Origin: a virus
Taxonomy: Duplodnaviria > Caudoviricetes
DNA: 59,210 nt
IMG/VR virus record: IMGVR_UViG_3300035670_000236
Location: 1-59,210 of that record
Reading direction: 5' to 3' (one strand)
Below are positions 9,701-18,665 of the stretch, in pieces. The notes beneath the pieces were generated by a model. That model was not told the DNA's origin. It saw nothing but the letters and a program-made list of their open reading frames with translations, and ran no database searches. Positions within the stretch are counted from its first letter, which is position 1. Every line of letters starts with the position of its first letter. The position numbers were made by a program, and so were the translations under genes.

Positions 9701-11620
9701 GGCTTTATGGGATTCACCACAAGAGGTATGGGTGAACTCATGGGTATGGGTAGAGGACAGGGAATGAGAACGCCTGACTTTAATCCAAACGCAAATCGAT
9801 ATCAAATAGCGCAAAGCACGGCAGACTTGTCGATGAACCAAGGCAACCGATATGGTCTTGTTGGTTCAGAAGTTGCATCGGATATTTCAGATACATCATA
9901 CATAACCAGACAAAGTTATGAATTGACTGCCCAAGGTCAACGCATGTCGCTGAATGCTATGAATGCAAGCACTCAGCAAAACGTTTCTGTCACTTCACAA
10001 GCAGACCAAAATAACTTAGCAGGTATGGATGCACAAACTAGTGCAATTGTAACTGCAATCAATTCTCAGCCTCGCGCAACTGGCGGAGGCTCTATGGGAG
10101 GAAGTTTTGGGGGAGATTTTGCGAGTTTCTTAGGAAACATGGCAGTCTCTTTTGTTGCGAATAAAATCACTTCTAAAATTAAGAACCCATATTTAAGAGC
10201 AGCAGCAAACTTTGGTATTCAAGCAGCAGCGCAGAAATACGTTCTTCCTACCATTTTAGGAACTGGAGGAGGTGCAGCAGCCGGCGGAGCAGCAGGAAGT
10301 GCTGGAGTAGCCGGTGCAGCAGGCGCAGGATTCTTAGGTTCTCTTGCAATGCTGCCTAGTGCATTCTCAGCAGCAGGCGGATTTGCAGGACTAGGCACAG
10401 CAGTAGGTCGTTCATTTGGATTCTTTGGTGGACCAGCAGCAGGCGCAACATTCTCTCAATACGCAGCAAGTGTTTTAGGTGGGTCTGGATTTGCAACAGG
10501 CGCCAATTTCTTCTCAGGTATGTCTGCTAATTCTTTTGGTGCTGCCGGTTCTGCATTTGGAACAGCAGGTCAGTTTGGTTATGCAGTAAACCAAGCACTA
10601 CCTTACACAGCAGCAATTATGCAATTGTTCCAAGGAGATATTAAGGGTGCAGCAACAACAGCAGCACTCACATACATTGGTACCGCAATTGGTGGTCCTA
10701 TTGGCGGATTCATCGGCTCTGTTATTGGTAGCGTGTTTGGTAAGAAAAAGAAAGCGCCACCACCAAAAATTATTGACAAAGTTCTTGTTCTTGCTGATAG
10801 AGACATTGCTAAGAAAGCGACCGTTCGTGAAGAAAATAATCCGAGTGATGGTCAGAAACAACTGATTGATGCATTCTTGAATACCGCATTCAATACTGCA
10901 ATGTCAATTTATCAAGTAAGTAAGATAAATCCTCCGTTCAATGCGATTTATATTTCTATTCGTAACGCCAATCTAAAAATGGCATTACCAAGCAACTATA
11001 GTGGAGGCACCATTACAGATGGTTGGGTGTATGAAGTAACTATGGAAGAGAAAAAATCTTCTCAGTTCTATATGCTTGAAATTATGCGTAAGATTCGTGA
11101 AGTTTATAAAGCACAATCTCAAGACCCCGAATATCTGAAGAAAATTGATGAAGGCTATGCTCTTGTTGCAAGTAAGAGTGCGAGTCAACTTGCAGGTGGA
11201 TTAATTGGTAATCTGAAATATGGAAAGTATGCTCTTGACCCATCCGCACAAGGAAGAATGGGAAGCGCAACTAGACAAGCGGTGCAGTCATATGTTTTAG
11301 GTACTCAATCAGGAAGAACAACAGTAGGAACAGGAACGTCAGGAGTTACAGTATCAACACAGACAACTGAAACTGATGCGGGTTCACTAACACCAACTAC
11401 AACATCAGGAACTTCAGTCAGAATTACCCCAACAACAAGCGGTGCTGCTGGCGCAGGCACCTCAGGAACTGGTAATCAGAATGTTAATGTTGTTACAGAT
11501 AATTCTAGAACAACAAATGAAGGCTCTACGATTAACACAACATATCTGAATACAACTTCAGGTGGCGATATTTACGGTCGTTCTGGAATGAATACTGGTA
11601 TGTCATTTGTTGCTGCGTAA
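6707..11620 (+). CDS. Tape measure-like protein with an embedded lysozyme-like domain
   Basis: 1637 aa, Gly/Ala-rich and helical, directly after gp26/gp51; RNNNPGNLR...FARFATPEAG...FISKYAPKSENNT..Y domain. Confidence 0.75.
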   Translation: MAQLGSYAQALGQMASDAAVGGLKGLAQGAKYAAMREMPALTGAMAFAKDVRGRAAKIQDSKTAAAEERQANATEKLVDQQARNNVISLDMARQLRQMNQSIRAQSSLLGYQVQDQKRQMQFAEESERESRNYQERLLKALEKLTTGQGAGAGSPGGGSGGGSEGGFFDSILDWLGTAALGALAGKALGGRGGRGGRGGKLAGLAGAAGSAILGARGLRGLFGARGAARPPSNVIPFPGGGRGGMGGAANDAAFKRPGFWSRLGGKVGSKIGIGALGKRAIPYLGWGLLAYDIYDVVSYMMEDQQSGGMGGGPGGGQGFNAFGPIGALYAATLYKNRNRTAQRPRLEQRPTPYASEGYTLAPNAGRARPGSTTAPRGSRTPGVRQQPGSRPETPATGNNPGMNIPNAPRRNQPLSVRNNNPGNLRYSANLTRPGGVLEGATEGEGGFARFATPEAGMAAMRKQIVLDTQRRGMTLRQFISKYAPKSENNTDKYISDVSRMTGIKPDDRITPDQIPALQRAMISIEGDSRAMAYYYPTTQPVGAEKPAGSTTEAVSAARGPQSSTSYASRGYALGSNARPPGAPTETVSPPTGPVESLPTITVTGRRIPSVERGYRPGMVIPSTGNPRADAYRRHRLIEAGVVPVAATTPSGTAVRGPEEPVPVHDAKATETLEDIKKSQGKVEKETRGLGQNTQQAARLYARRLRSTRRVLTPEEEADEYLKKAQQGFLNAFDRTLTKAFKDFGNNFLKSVGYAPGGRPVTAQEASRTGYAGMQLGKALDLDKKTASALEKVIGKEYSRMLAPAVSQLGKAYLNSLAIGIGQGLFSGTVGAQGAKALTGQIIGNFAKGNKQIAMEQLLFGLTGIASGPETIAQSYGFRSAAEGIGYMAEVFAAKSTNAIQGLFGWEDRTRAQQVRDPTTGRLYTPGEGFTGGVAMPDMERVGYGGMRLPQQPTTTLVGKQDNLLSTGARTLNGVLLVSVTNAGDFASEEDKLKHTLEQGFMGFTTRGMGELMGMGRGQGMRTPDFNPNANRYQIAQSTADLSMNQGNRYGLVGSEVASDISDTSYITRQSYELTAQGQRMSLNAMNASTQQNVSVTSQADQNNLAGMDAQTSAIVTAINSQPRATGGGSMGGSFGGDFASFLGNMAVSFVANKITSKIKNPYLRAAANFGIQAAAQKYVLPTILGTGGGAAAGGAAGSAGVAGAAGAGFLGSLAMLPSAFSAAGGFAGLGTAVGRSFGFFGGPAAGATFSQYAASVLGGSGFATGANFFSGMSANSFGAAGSAFGTAGQFGYAVNQALPYTAAIMQLFQGDIKGAATTAALTYIGTAIGGPIGGFIGSVIGSVFGKKKKAPPPKIIDKVLVLADRDIAKKATVREENNPSDGQKQLIDAFLNTAFNTAMSIYQVSKINPPFNAIYISIRNANLKMALPSNYSGGTITDGWVYEVTMEEKKSSQFYMLEIMRKIREVYKAQSQDPEYLKKIDEGYALVASKSASQLAGGLIGNLKYGKYALDPSAQGRMGSATRQAVQSYVLGTQSGRTTVGTGTSGVTVSTQTTETDAGSLTPTTTSGTSVRITPTTSGAAGAGTSGTGNQNVNVVTDNSRTTNEGSTINTTYLNTTSGGDIYGRSGMNTGMSFVAA

Positions 11621-11647
11621 AAAAAGGGGAAGCATTTCTGCTTCCCC
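11620..11647 (-). terminator. Rho-independent terminator after gp32
   Basis: GGGGAAGCA-GAAA-TGCTTCCCC followed by a T run on the minus strand. Confidence 0.85.
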
Positions 11648-11677
11648 AAACTTACTACAAAGGAGATGAAGACTATT

Positions 11678-12583
11678 TTAGTCTTCGGCTAACTTCTCAA
11701 AATAACTCACATCATCATCTTCATCGTCAGCCCAAGGCTTTGCTGATTCAACGTTTGCCTTTGGCTTAGATTCTGCTACTGCCTGTCGAGTAGCAACAGG
11801 CGGATTTGGCTTCAACTGAACAACGTTATCATTATCAAGACCAAGCACCTTGTTCAGGCGCGCCTTGAGTTCATCATAAGTCTTGAAGTTCTTTTCATCC
11901 AAGAATTCAGAGAGAGCATACTCGCTCTTCCAAATCTTCTCAAGATCATCATCGTCTTGAGAAAGAGGTGCTGAAGAATCAAACTCAGACTTGTCGTAGT
12001 TTGTATATCCTTCAACCTTACGAATCTTCAACTTGAAGTTTGCACCTTCCCACAGGTGAAAAGGATTCAGAGGAGTCTCATCTTCAAAATCTGGATTCAT
12101 TGCTTCATTGATCTTGTCAAAGATTTTCTTACCAAACTTGAAGAGGAACACCTTACCTTCGTTGTCAGGATTACCAGGGTCCTTAACAACATAGATGTTT
12201 GAAATGTATTGCAACTTGCGCTTTTGCTTACGCGCAACTTCCTTGTTTGCTTCAACACCAGAGTTCCAAAGAACTGTATTGTGTTCAGAAACAGGGTCTT
12301 TCTTATTGAGAGTAGTCAGAGAGTTTTCAATGTACCAGCCGCCTGGACCTTGAAATGAGTGGGAGAAAATTTGTACCCAAGGCACATCTTCTCCGCCTGG
12401 TGCGGGAAGAAAGCGAATGACTGCGGAGCCATTGCCTACCTTATCTACTGTGGGTTTCCAGAATCGAGTGTCCTCGTAGGATTTCTTACCTTCTGTCTTG
12501 TCAGACAACTTGGTAATTTCTGCTGTCAGGCGCTCCAGGTCTTTGTTACCAGAACGCTTCAAGTCTGCGAATGAATTTGCCAT
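11678..12583 (-). CDS. gp32: Single-stranded DNA-binding protein gp32
   Basis: DTRFWKP, GNGSAVIRFLPA, WYIENSLTT, EGKVFLFKFGKKIFDKI, acidic tail. Confidence 0.97.
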   Translation of the reverse strand: MANSFADLKRSGNKDLERLTAEITKLSDKTEGKKSYEDTRFWKPTVDKVGNGSAVIRFLPAPGGEDVPWVQIFSHSFQGPGGWYIENSLTTLNKKDPVSEHNTVLWNSGVEANKEVARKQKRKLQYISNIYVVKDPGNPDNEGKVFLFKFGKKIFDKINEAMNPDFEDETPLNPFHLWEGANFKLKIRKVEGYTNYDKSEFDSSAPLSQDDDDLEKIWKSEYALSEFLDEKNFKTYDELKARLNKVLGLDNDNVVQLKPNPPVATRQAVAESKPKANVESAKPWADDEDDDVSYFEKLAED

Positions 12584-12720
12584 GTGTATTTTCCTTGTAT
12601 AAAAACGTATGTTAATGTATGTTTACTTGTCCACTTTATCATAATCTACTATAGTATATAGTCGATCCTGATCCGGTTTTGACATAAGAAGCCAACAAAT
12701 TTTTTGAGGTTTCTTATGTC

Positions 12721-13326
12721 TCAATTCGTTATGAGTTCTCGCAGAAGTTTTTTTGCCTTCTGCTTTTCGAACTTTAAAAAGGGCTGGTACTTGTTGCATA
12801 GTTTACTTACCTCTTTGTAGACTGGATCGGTTACTTCAATGTCATATCGTTTGGTGAAATTCAGAATAGAATTTAGAATTGTCAGAGTCTCTAGGCTAAT
12901 CTCACCACGCAAGTATTTCTTGATGATGTTTGGGTGTTCGCCGCGAGTTACTCCAAACCAATTGTTCAATTCGTCTGCATCCCAACCTTCCATAAATGAC
13001 ATTTCATTCTTAAAAACATAAGTCAAAGATTCTTGCTTCTTTCTCCAACTATTGTATTTCGTTTCACATTCTTCCGATAGAAGTTCACCGACCCAAATCT
13101 TAGGGTCATGTAAAAAATTTGCAACCAGAAAATCCTCTAGGTACTTGTCCTTTTTATTTCCTAACTTTGCGAAAAAGATTTTGTCTTTACGCTTTAGAAA
13201 GGAATCATAACTTAGATTGATTTTCTTATTATACTTGAAGTAGTCGTAACTGTCAAGCACGAAATGGTTTTTGATTGCAGTATAAATCTTGTATGCATCA
13301 AATGCGTCCATTTTACTCATCGTCAA
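12721..13326 (-). CDS. gp59: Helicase loader gp59
   Basis: YKIYTAIKNHF..YDYFKY, FLKRKDKIFF, ISLETL; adjacent to gp32. Confidence 0.92.
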   Translation of the reverse strand: MTMSKMDAFDAYKIYTAIKNHFVLDSYDYFKYNKKINLSYDSFLKRKDKIFFAKLGNKKDKYLEDFLVANFLHDPKIWVGELLSEECETKYNSWRKKQESLTYVFKNEMSFMEGWDADELNNWFGVTRGEHPNIIKKYLRGEISLETLTILNSILNFTKRYDIEVTDPVYKEVSKLCNKYQPFLKFEKQKAKKLLRELITN

Positions 13327-13552
13327 TAGGTAGTCTTGCCTTCGCGTTAGTGATCATCTTCGCTTTGATTGCTTCACCTTCAATTACCGCTTTCATTTTA
13401 GGGGTAATCAATGATGCAGCAGTCTCAACTTCAAGTCCTTTTTGTTCGCAATAGAGAAGCACCGCATCAAGTGTGGTGATCGGTTGCTTCTCTTTCAGAA
13501 TCTTTTTAATTTCTGATTCGAATTCTTTTTGTGTAAGTATCTTTAAATTCAT
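13313..13552 (-). CDS. gp33: Late transcription coactivator gp33
   Basis: FESEI...LDAVLLYCE...LKAVIEGEA-like...ARLPI; synteny with gp59. Confidence 0.88.
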   Translation of the reverse strand: MNLKILTQKEFESEIKKILKEKQPITTLDAVLLYCEQKGLEVETAASLITPKMKAVIEGEAIKAKMITNAKARLPIDDE

Positions 13553-13737
13553 TCGTAATATCTTACCGCTAGAATTCGTCCAGATTTAAAACAACCATTG
13601 CGATCCTTTTTCATTGCCGGTTTAGCACTTCGCAAAGAAGGAATAGTCATGTCCTTCTTGGATGCGAAATAGCAACTTGGAAGTTTCTTCGCCTTATACA
13701 TTCTAATCGTAACCGCTTCAGATTTTTCTACCATCAT
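13549..13737 (-). CDS. Hypothetical basic protein
   Basis: ORF with GAGGA SD before ATG at 13737. Confidence 0.55.
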   Translation of the reverse strand: MMVEKSEAVTIRMYKAKKLPSCYFASKKDMTIPSLRSAKPAMKKDRNGCFKSGRILAVRYYE

Positions 13738-14317
13738 CGTTCCTCTCAAATCTATAAAAAATATGTTCACCAATTTGAACGATCTTGGTCTTAGTCTTTG
13801 CCCAAGGTGGTTTCACATATGTCGCATGATAGTGGGTTGCACCCTCTAACATTAACATAATATCATTATCCGCACCTTTTGTCAAGAGCATTTTTGCAAT
13901 TTGTAAACACTCTTGCCATGCTTCTTTGTTCGCTGGCGCTTTAACTACTCTATCGTTGTACCAAGAAAATTGATTTTTCTCAGTTACAACGTCTTTTACT
14001 GTTTTTGGATATCGAGGATCGTTCACTCTGTTTAGTGTAACGATACCTACTGCCATTTTACCAACTCTAGACTCGGATGCTGCTTCGTAATAGATATTCA
14101 AAGCAAGCCAGTATTCATCGATTTTCATCGATGCCGCAGCAGCGGTTGGTACAAATGAAATTGTTCTTTTGTTATTATCGATCACACTTGATATTGGATC
14201 GAATTGTCTAACTTGTGATGTTTGTGGTGTTGCGAAATTGATTTGCGATGCGATATAAAGTGTTACTCCGATTGTAAGTGCAAATACTGCAACCTTTACA
14301 TAATTCAAGGTTCTCAT
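13718..14317 (-). CDS. Cell wall hydrolase (SleB/Hydrolase_2)
   Basis: LALNIYYEA, VTLNRV..YP.TV..VV...QFSW, GATHYHATYVKPPWA, IGEHIFY; start trimmed to SD-preceded ATG. Confidence 0.9.
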   Translation of the reverse strand: MRTLNYVKVAVFALTIGVTLYIASQINFATPQTSQVRQFDPISSVIDNNKRTISFVPTAAAASMKIDEYWLALNIYYEAASESRVGKMAVGIVTLNRVNDPRYPKTVKDVVTEKNQFSWYNDRVVKAPANKEAWQECLQIAKMLLTKGADNDIMLMLEGATHYHATYVKPPWAKTKTKIVQIGEHIFYRFERNDDGRKI

Positions 14318-14378
14318 ATTTCTCCTTTCTTGATTATTTCGGGGTAGCATTGCGCTACCCCTATTCTAACAGAAGAGA

Positions 14379-14585
14379 TTAGGATTTGTCAACAAATGCC
14401 TTAAGTGTCTCTGCTTCAGTTAGAATTTGCTGCGTAGTCGGAAACGCAGGAACCTCCGTCAAAGGTTCATTCTTCAGTTGACTGTTAGACTGCTTAATGT
14501 TCAGATCGGTATAATACCTCTGAGTCAACTGGTCTTGTGCCATCTTCAATAGTTCTAGACGGATTTCATAGGGTGTTTTACTCAT
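14379..14585 (-). CDS. Conserved small phage protein (MSKTPYEIRLELLKMA)
   Basis: AGGAG SD; hairpins at 14341-14361 and 14619-14638 flank it. Confidence 0.7.
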   Translation of the reverse strand: MSKTPYEIRLELLKMAQDQLTQRYYTDLNIKQSNSQLKNEPLTEVPAFPTTQQILTEAETLKAFVDKS

Positions 14586-14645
14586 AGTTTTCTCCTGTGT
14601 GTGATGTGTAATGAGTATACCTGGCAAAATTACCAGGTCTTTTAT

Positions 14646-15254
14646 TTAGTATTTCAAAAAGTTTTCTCTGTGTCTTCGGTAATAAAGTAGCCCTTGATTC
14701 AAATATGATACTGTTGCGCCTTTTGAAATCATTTTATTCCACATATTCCAATCTTCTTGGGTGTGATTTCCACTACCTAAACGTTTGTATCCAACCTCTT
14801 GACCCAATTTAGTGCGATACAACATAGAACCGTGGTGACCTTTGCGCTGCCAATAGATATCGCCTTGATAATCTGCGATTTCGCTAGGGTGACGATTTCG
14901 AATCTCATTCTTCAATTCACCAGTCACTACGATATCATAAGTCATTATATCAGTTTTTGTAGCAGAAAGCAAGTCTATAGCATCAGAACGAAGCCAGTTG
15001 TCTGCACCAAGAAACATGACATACTCCGATTTTACTCTCATCAGCATGTCTTGAAAATTATCAACGGTGCCTAAGTTCTTTTCTCTTAGAATGTATTCTA
15101 CCTTTGGATATAATTTCGGTAGATGTGTGCAGTCGCCAGCACCATCATCTACAAATAAAATATGTTCTGGTGTTTTTGTCTGACTTAAAACTGATTCAAT
15201 ACAATGTGCTGCTAGGTGTCCGTATCTATAAGATGAAATAACAACGGTAATCAT
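14646..15254 (-). CDS. Glycosyltransferase family 2
   Basis: ITVVISSY, ESVLSQT, VDDG, FLGADNW, EDW, YYRRH. Confidence 0.9.
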   Translation of the reverse strand: MITVVISSYRYGHLAAHCIESVLSQTKTPEHILFVDDGAGDCTHLPKLYPKVEYILREKNLGTVDNFQDMLMRVKSEYVMFLGADNWLRSDAIDLLSATKTDIMTYDIVVTGELKNEIRNRHPSEIADYQGDIYWQRKGHHGSMLYRTKLGQEVGYKRLGSGNHTQEDWNMWNKMISKGATVSYLNQGLLYYRRHRENFLKY

Positions 15255-15973
15255 GGTATCATATTAGGATTCATTCGTTCAACAATTTTTCCATCGATCA
15301 AATAGTCTGGATATGCGAGTGCTGATTTAGAACGACAAAATCCATTCATGTATGTCATTCTATCTGCATTTGATGCGTTCGGTTCACTTCCATGAACAAT
15401 CGTAACTGTCCATATTAGCACAGAGCCTTTTGGTGCGGTATACTTTTTACCTCGAAATTCTCCTCGCGAGAAGATTCTAAGATTTCTAGGTGTAGGCCAA
15501 TATTCCCATTTGTGAGAGCCATCTATAAATTCTACTGCGCCGTTATCAACGGTGATATCATCAACAGCAATAATTGTCTGAAAGTAATCATCTACAACAT
15601 CATCTTTAAAGTTTTGGGGTTCTCGAAACATCGTATCACGATGCCAAGCGAATTGATCTTTACTGCCTGCTTCACGAAAATAAATTTGATTATTAATTTG
15701 CTTTACATCATTGCCGATAAATTCCTTAACCAGACTCACCATGCGCGAATCAGTTCTAATCTTATTGAGATAATCGTTAGCCAATGCGGGAAAGAAAATC
15801 AGTTCTTTTTTTCCATATGACATTTCACTAGGTGCATGACGATATCCAGCCTTTACAATATCTTTATCTTCAGTCAAATATGCTTGTCGTTTAATTTCAT
15901 CACATTCTTCTGAAGTAAACACATTAGGAATTACAATGATTCCATTCTCTTCATAGACGCTTTTTAAATCCAT
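15251..15973 (-). CDS. PhyH-type 2OG-Fe(II) dioxygenase
   Basis: WHRD, AVDDITVDNGAVEFIDGSH, HGSEPN...R. Confidence 0.88.
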   Translation of the reverse strand: MDLKSVYEENGIIVIPNVFTSEECDEIKRQAYLTEDKDIVKAGYRHAPSEMSYGKKELIFFPALANDYLNKIRTDSRMVSLVKEFIGNDVKQINNQIYFREAGSKDQFAWHRDTMFREPQNFKDDVVDDYFQTIIAVDDITVDNGAVEFIDGSHKWEYWPTPRNLRIFSRGEFRGKKYTAPKGSVLIWTVTIVHGSEPNASNADRMTYMNGFCRSKSALAYPDYLIDGKIVERMNPNMIP

Positions 15974-16485
15974 GCAACATAATTCCTATGAATTTTAAAT
16001 TGATAATCAGGCACTCTGAAGTCTAAAGTTCCTTGCGTGACGCTATACGCTTTTTCATATCCTGCTTCTTTGACAATTTGAACAACTCTATCATTGAACG
16101 TACCGTATGGGTATGCAAAATATTTGCAAGGAAAAGGTGCAGTCACTTCTTTACGAATTTCTTCATCAGATAGTTTACATAGATCACGATGCGACCAAGT
16201 ATGCCAACCTAGTTCAAAATCATATTTGGTGCATAACTCCTGGACTTCTTCAAGAGTGCAATACTGTTCGAGTGCTGGCACATGCGCTAGATCAAACTTA
16301 TTGTCTTTACCAAAAAAGTCTCCCATGACAAACATGATGCCAGACTTACCGATTAGACAATCTTGATTATCATACACGTTTTTATAGATGCCGTCAAATC
16401 CAATTGCATCATCACATGCAATGATTTGTTCTCTTGTGTGATAATTCGGATGCTTATGATATCCGATGTTATGTGCTAATTTCAT
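15964..16485 (-). CDS. Polysaccharide deacetylase (NodB/CE4)
   Basis: GFDG, ELGWHTWSH, FAYPYG. Confidence 0.85.
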   Translation of the reverse strand: MKLAHNIGYHKHPNYHTREQIIACDDAIGFDGIYKNVYDNQDCLIGKSGIMFVMGDFFGKDNKFDLAHVPALEQYCTLEEVQELCTKYDFELGWHTWSHRDLCKLSDEEIRKEVTAPFPCKYFAYPYGTFNDRVVQIVKEAGYEKAYSVTQGTLDFRVPDYQFKIHRNYVAWI

Positions 16486-16975
16486 AGATGACCAATCTTT
16501 GTGTATATTCTCTGTATGAAAATTCTTTTTCTAGAATGATTTTACCAAAGTCATAATGAATTAACCAATCTTTGATTCCTGCAATCAGAATGTGCTTAGA
16601 AGAGCAAGATTCAATCCACTCTTTGAATTGTCTGTGATCATATTGCTGATACAAGGTTCCTGTTGTCATCACAAGATCATATTTGTCTTGAGGCTCATGA
16701 ACTCGAATTACGTTTGACGAAAATCTTGAAGCAGCAAGATCAGAAATTTCAATGCCGTGAATAATCTTTGCAGGTATAGATTCAGTCACAAATCCTTCGC
16801 CGCATCCAATATCAATTGCTCTTTCATATTCTTGAAATTGATTAACCTGATGCAAAGCCATAATGATTTCTGCTTTGCGTTTCAAATCGGCTGGTGTTGT
16901 TTTATATACCCATGGATCAGGATTACGATACCATTCTTCTAATTCTGCTTTACTCTGCAAAATATTTCTCCTCAA
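16469..16975 (-). CDS. Class I SAM methyltransferase (NodS-like)
   Basis: NPDPW, AIDIGCGEG, YDLV...LY. Confidence 0.8.
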   Translation of the reverse strand: MRRNILQSKAELEEWYRNPDPWVYKTTPADLKRKAEIIMALHQVNQFQEYERAIDIGCGEGFVTESIPAKIIHGIEISDLAASRFSSNVIRVHEPQDKYDLVMTTGTLYQQYDHRQFKEWIESCSSKHILIAGIKDWLIHYDFGKIILEKEFSYREYTQRLVIYEIST

Positions 16976-17375
16976 GTCCCAAAAGAATACGCATTACATC
17001 ATCTTCTTTCATAGAGGTGTTTTCAACAATGTCTTCAAGAGGCTGCATTTCCCATCTATCTTCCGATACATCATACCATGCAAAAATACAAATCTCTTCC
17101 TTAGGTCTATGTATAAGTGCCCAAGGAGTCATATCGTGTTCGGGAAATTCAAAATCTTCTGTGAGTGCGTCTTTGTGAATAAAGATCGCATAAGATTCTA
17201 GATTGATATCGTCTTGTTCGTCAGTTTCTTCATTATATCCATAACCATCGAATATAATTTTCACTTCGCAAACGTCAGAAATATTTTCACCAATCTCTAG
17301 ATCATCAGGATCGCGCCACATAACATTGAGTAGGTGTTTGATGCAGCGTTCATAGGCTTCATAATCGTAGTCCAT
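16950..17375 (-). CDS. Hypothetical acidic protein
   Basis: 141-aa ORF with SD. Confidence 0.7.
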   Translation of the reverse strand: MDYDYEAYERCIKHLLNVMWRDPDDLEIGENISDVCEVKIIFDGYGYNEETDEQDDINLESYAIFIHKDALTEDFEFPEHDMTPWALIHRPKEEICIFAWYDVSEDRWEMQPLEDIVENTSMKEDDVMRILLGLEEKYFAE

Positions 17376-17419
17376 AATATATCCTAGTTGAAGTGGCGGG
17401 ATTTCTCCCGCCGTTATGT

Positions 17420-17491
17420 TTATCGATTTGCGATATACATGGTGACTTCAAAACCATATCGCATTTCTGTAGCATTTGGCTTAGTCCACAT
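17420..17491 (-). CDS. pqqA: PQQ precursor peptide PqqA
   Basis: Hand translation MWTKPNATEMRYGFEVTMYIANR*, with E-x-x-x-Y core and AGGAG SD. Confidence 0.93.
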   Translation of the reverse strand: MWTKPNATEMRYGFEVTMYIANR

Positions 17492-17574
17492 AATTTTCTC
17501 CTAGTCAATTGAGCGAGATTGCTCACTTTTATCTATAGAGTTTCAATCAGTTTTAAACTAAGTCAAATCATGAA

Positions 17575-17883
17575 TAAGTGCTAGTTGATTCTGTTGCCAA
17601 GTTCAACTAGCAAAACTCCGGTCAGCGTTTAGGCTGCCAGTGCAAATCTTTCATCGTTTGCATTTACTTCGTTTGCTTGATTTACGGTCATCGCCTACCG
17701 TGCTGTCCACTCTGTTACTCTTTGCCCTGTCGAAACCAGGTCCGGCCCATCATAAGCATACTCGGAAGATTTATTTACCGCTGACTATTACTCTTCCCCA
17801 GCGTCACTCTAGTATGCTTATGGTGGACCGGGCGGGAATCGAACCCGCGTCCAGAACACTTTTCTCTTTGCTTCATACAGCAA
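17575..17883 (-). ncRNA. ssrA: Two-piece (circularly permuted) tmRNA; outer ends approximate
   Basis: Acceptor piece with GGTTCGATTCC T-arm and CCGGTCCACCA end (17821); paired intervening segment; coding piece starting GGGCCGG (17748, G3:U70); tag ANDERFALAA* at 17661-17629. Confidence 0.92.
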
Positions 17884-17888
17884 TATTT

Positions 17889-18665
17889 TTATTTATATCG
17901 CTTAACCGTATCTATAATTGCATCCTGCACATTTCGCATCTTATAGACAGACTCCAGTTTCTTGGTACTCAATACACAATTACTTCTTGGTGCTTTTGTG
18001 ATTGCCCTAAACTCATCATCAGTCATCCATTCTTTGTTTAGTGCAAGTGCATCAGAAAGTTTTCTTGTGGTTGTGCTGCCAATATTTGTTACATTGTAAA
18101 TACCATACGCAGGTTTTTTAACAATGAAATGGGTAACACAATCTGCTAGGTCTTCTACTTGAGTTACACTATTTTCTTTGTCGATAAGTTTATCATAAGC
18201 CTCTAGTTTTGTCAAGAGATTTTTCTGAGTTCTATCTGGTCCGAATGGCATACGAATACGGAACAAATAAGACTTGTTCATGTATGGTTTGAGTAGCGTC
18301 TGTTCAAGTCCTTTACATGCACTATAGAATGATGCATTGTTGAAGGTAAAGTTTGGGGCATCTTCTTCCGTAAATTCTTTTTCGTATCCTGTATATACGC
18401 ATCCACTAGAGATATGGATGATTGGTCCGTTAAAATTTTTTTCCAGTTCAAGTGGATATAGAATATTACCTTGAACACATTCGTCTTTGTGTATTTCACA
18501 CGCATCAACGTTTGGTACTCCTGTGTATCCTGCGGCATTAATTATAAACTTAACGCCTCTTGGAATTACATCTTTGTGACTAAGCCAAAGATACTTAAAG
18601 TCATCACTTGACAACTTCTTCGCAATATACTGTCCAATATAACCGTGACCAATCAGTCCAATCAT
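17889..18665 (-). CDS. NAD-dependent sugar epimerase/reductase (RmlD-like)
   Basis: GHGYIG, INAAGYTG.PNVDACE, ISSGCVY, YSACK, PRSNCVL. Confidence 0.85.
   Translation of the reverse strand: MIGLIGHGYIGQYIAKKLSSDDFKYLWLSHKDVIPRGVKFIINAAGYTGVPNVDACEIHKDECVQGNILYPLELEKNFNGPIIHISSGCVYTGYEKEFTEEDAPNFTFNNASFYSACKGLEQTLLKPYMNKSYLFRIRMPFGPDRTQKNLLTKLEAYDKLIDKENSVTQVEDLADCVTHFIVKKPAYGIYNVTNIGSTTTRKLSDALALNKEWMTDDEFRAITKAPRSNCVLSTKKLESVYKMRNVQDAIIDTVKRYK
17890..17897 (-). promoter_or_regulatory. T4 late promoter TATAAATA upstream of tmRNA
   Basis: Exact consensus just upstream of the acceptor piece. Confidence 0.7.

Noticed and set aside
6773-11270. Many minus-strand ORFs within the tape measure gene
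   Set aside because: Shadow frames of a Gly/Ala-rich gene
17640-18041. 133-aa + strand ORF
   Set aside because: Antisense to the tmRNA and the epimerase gene; shadow ORF
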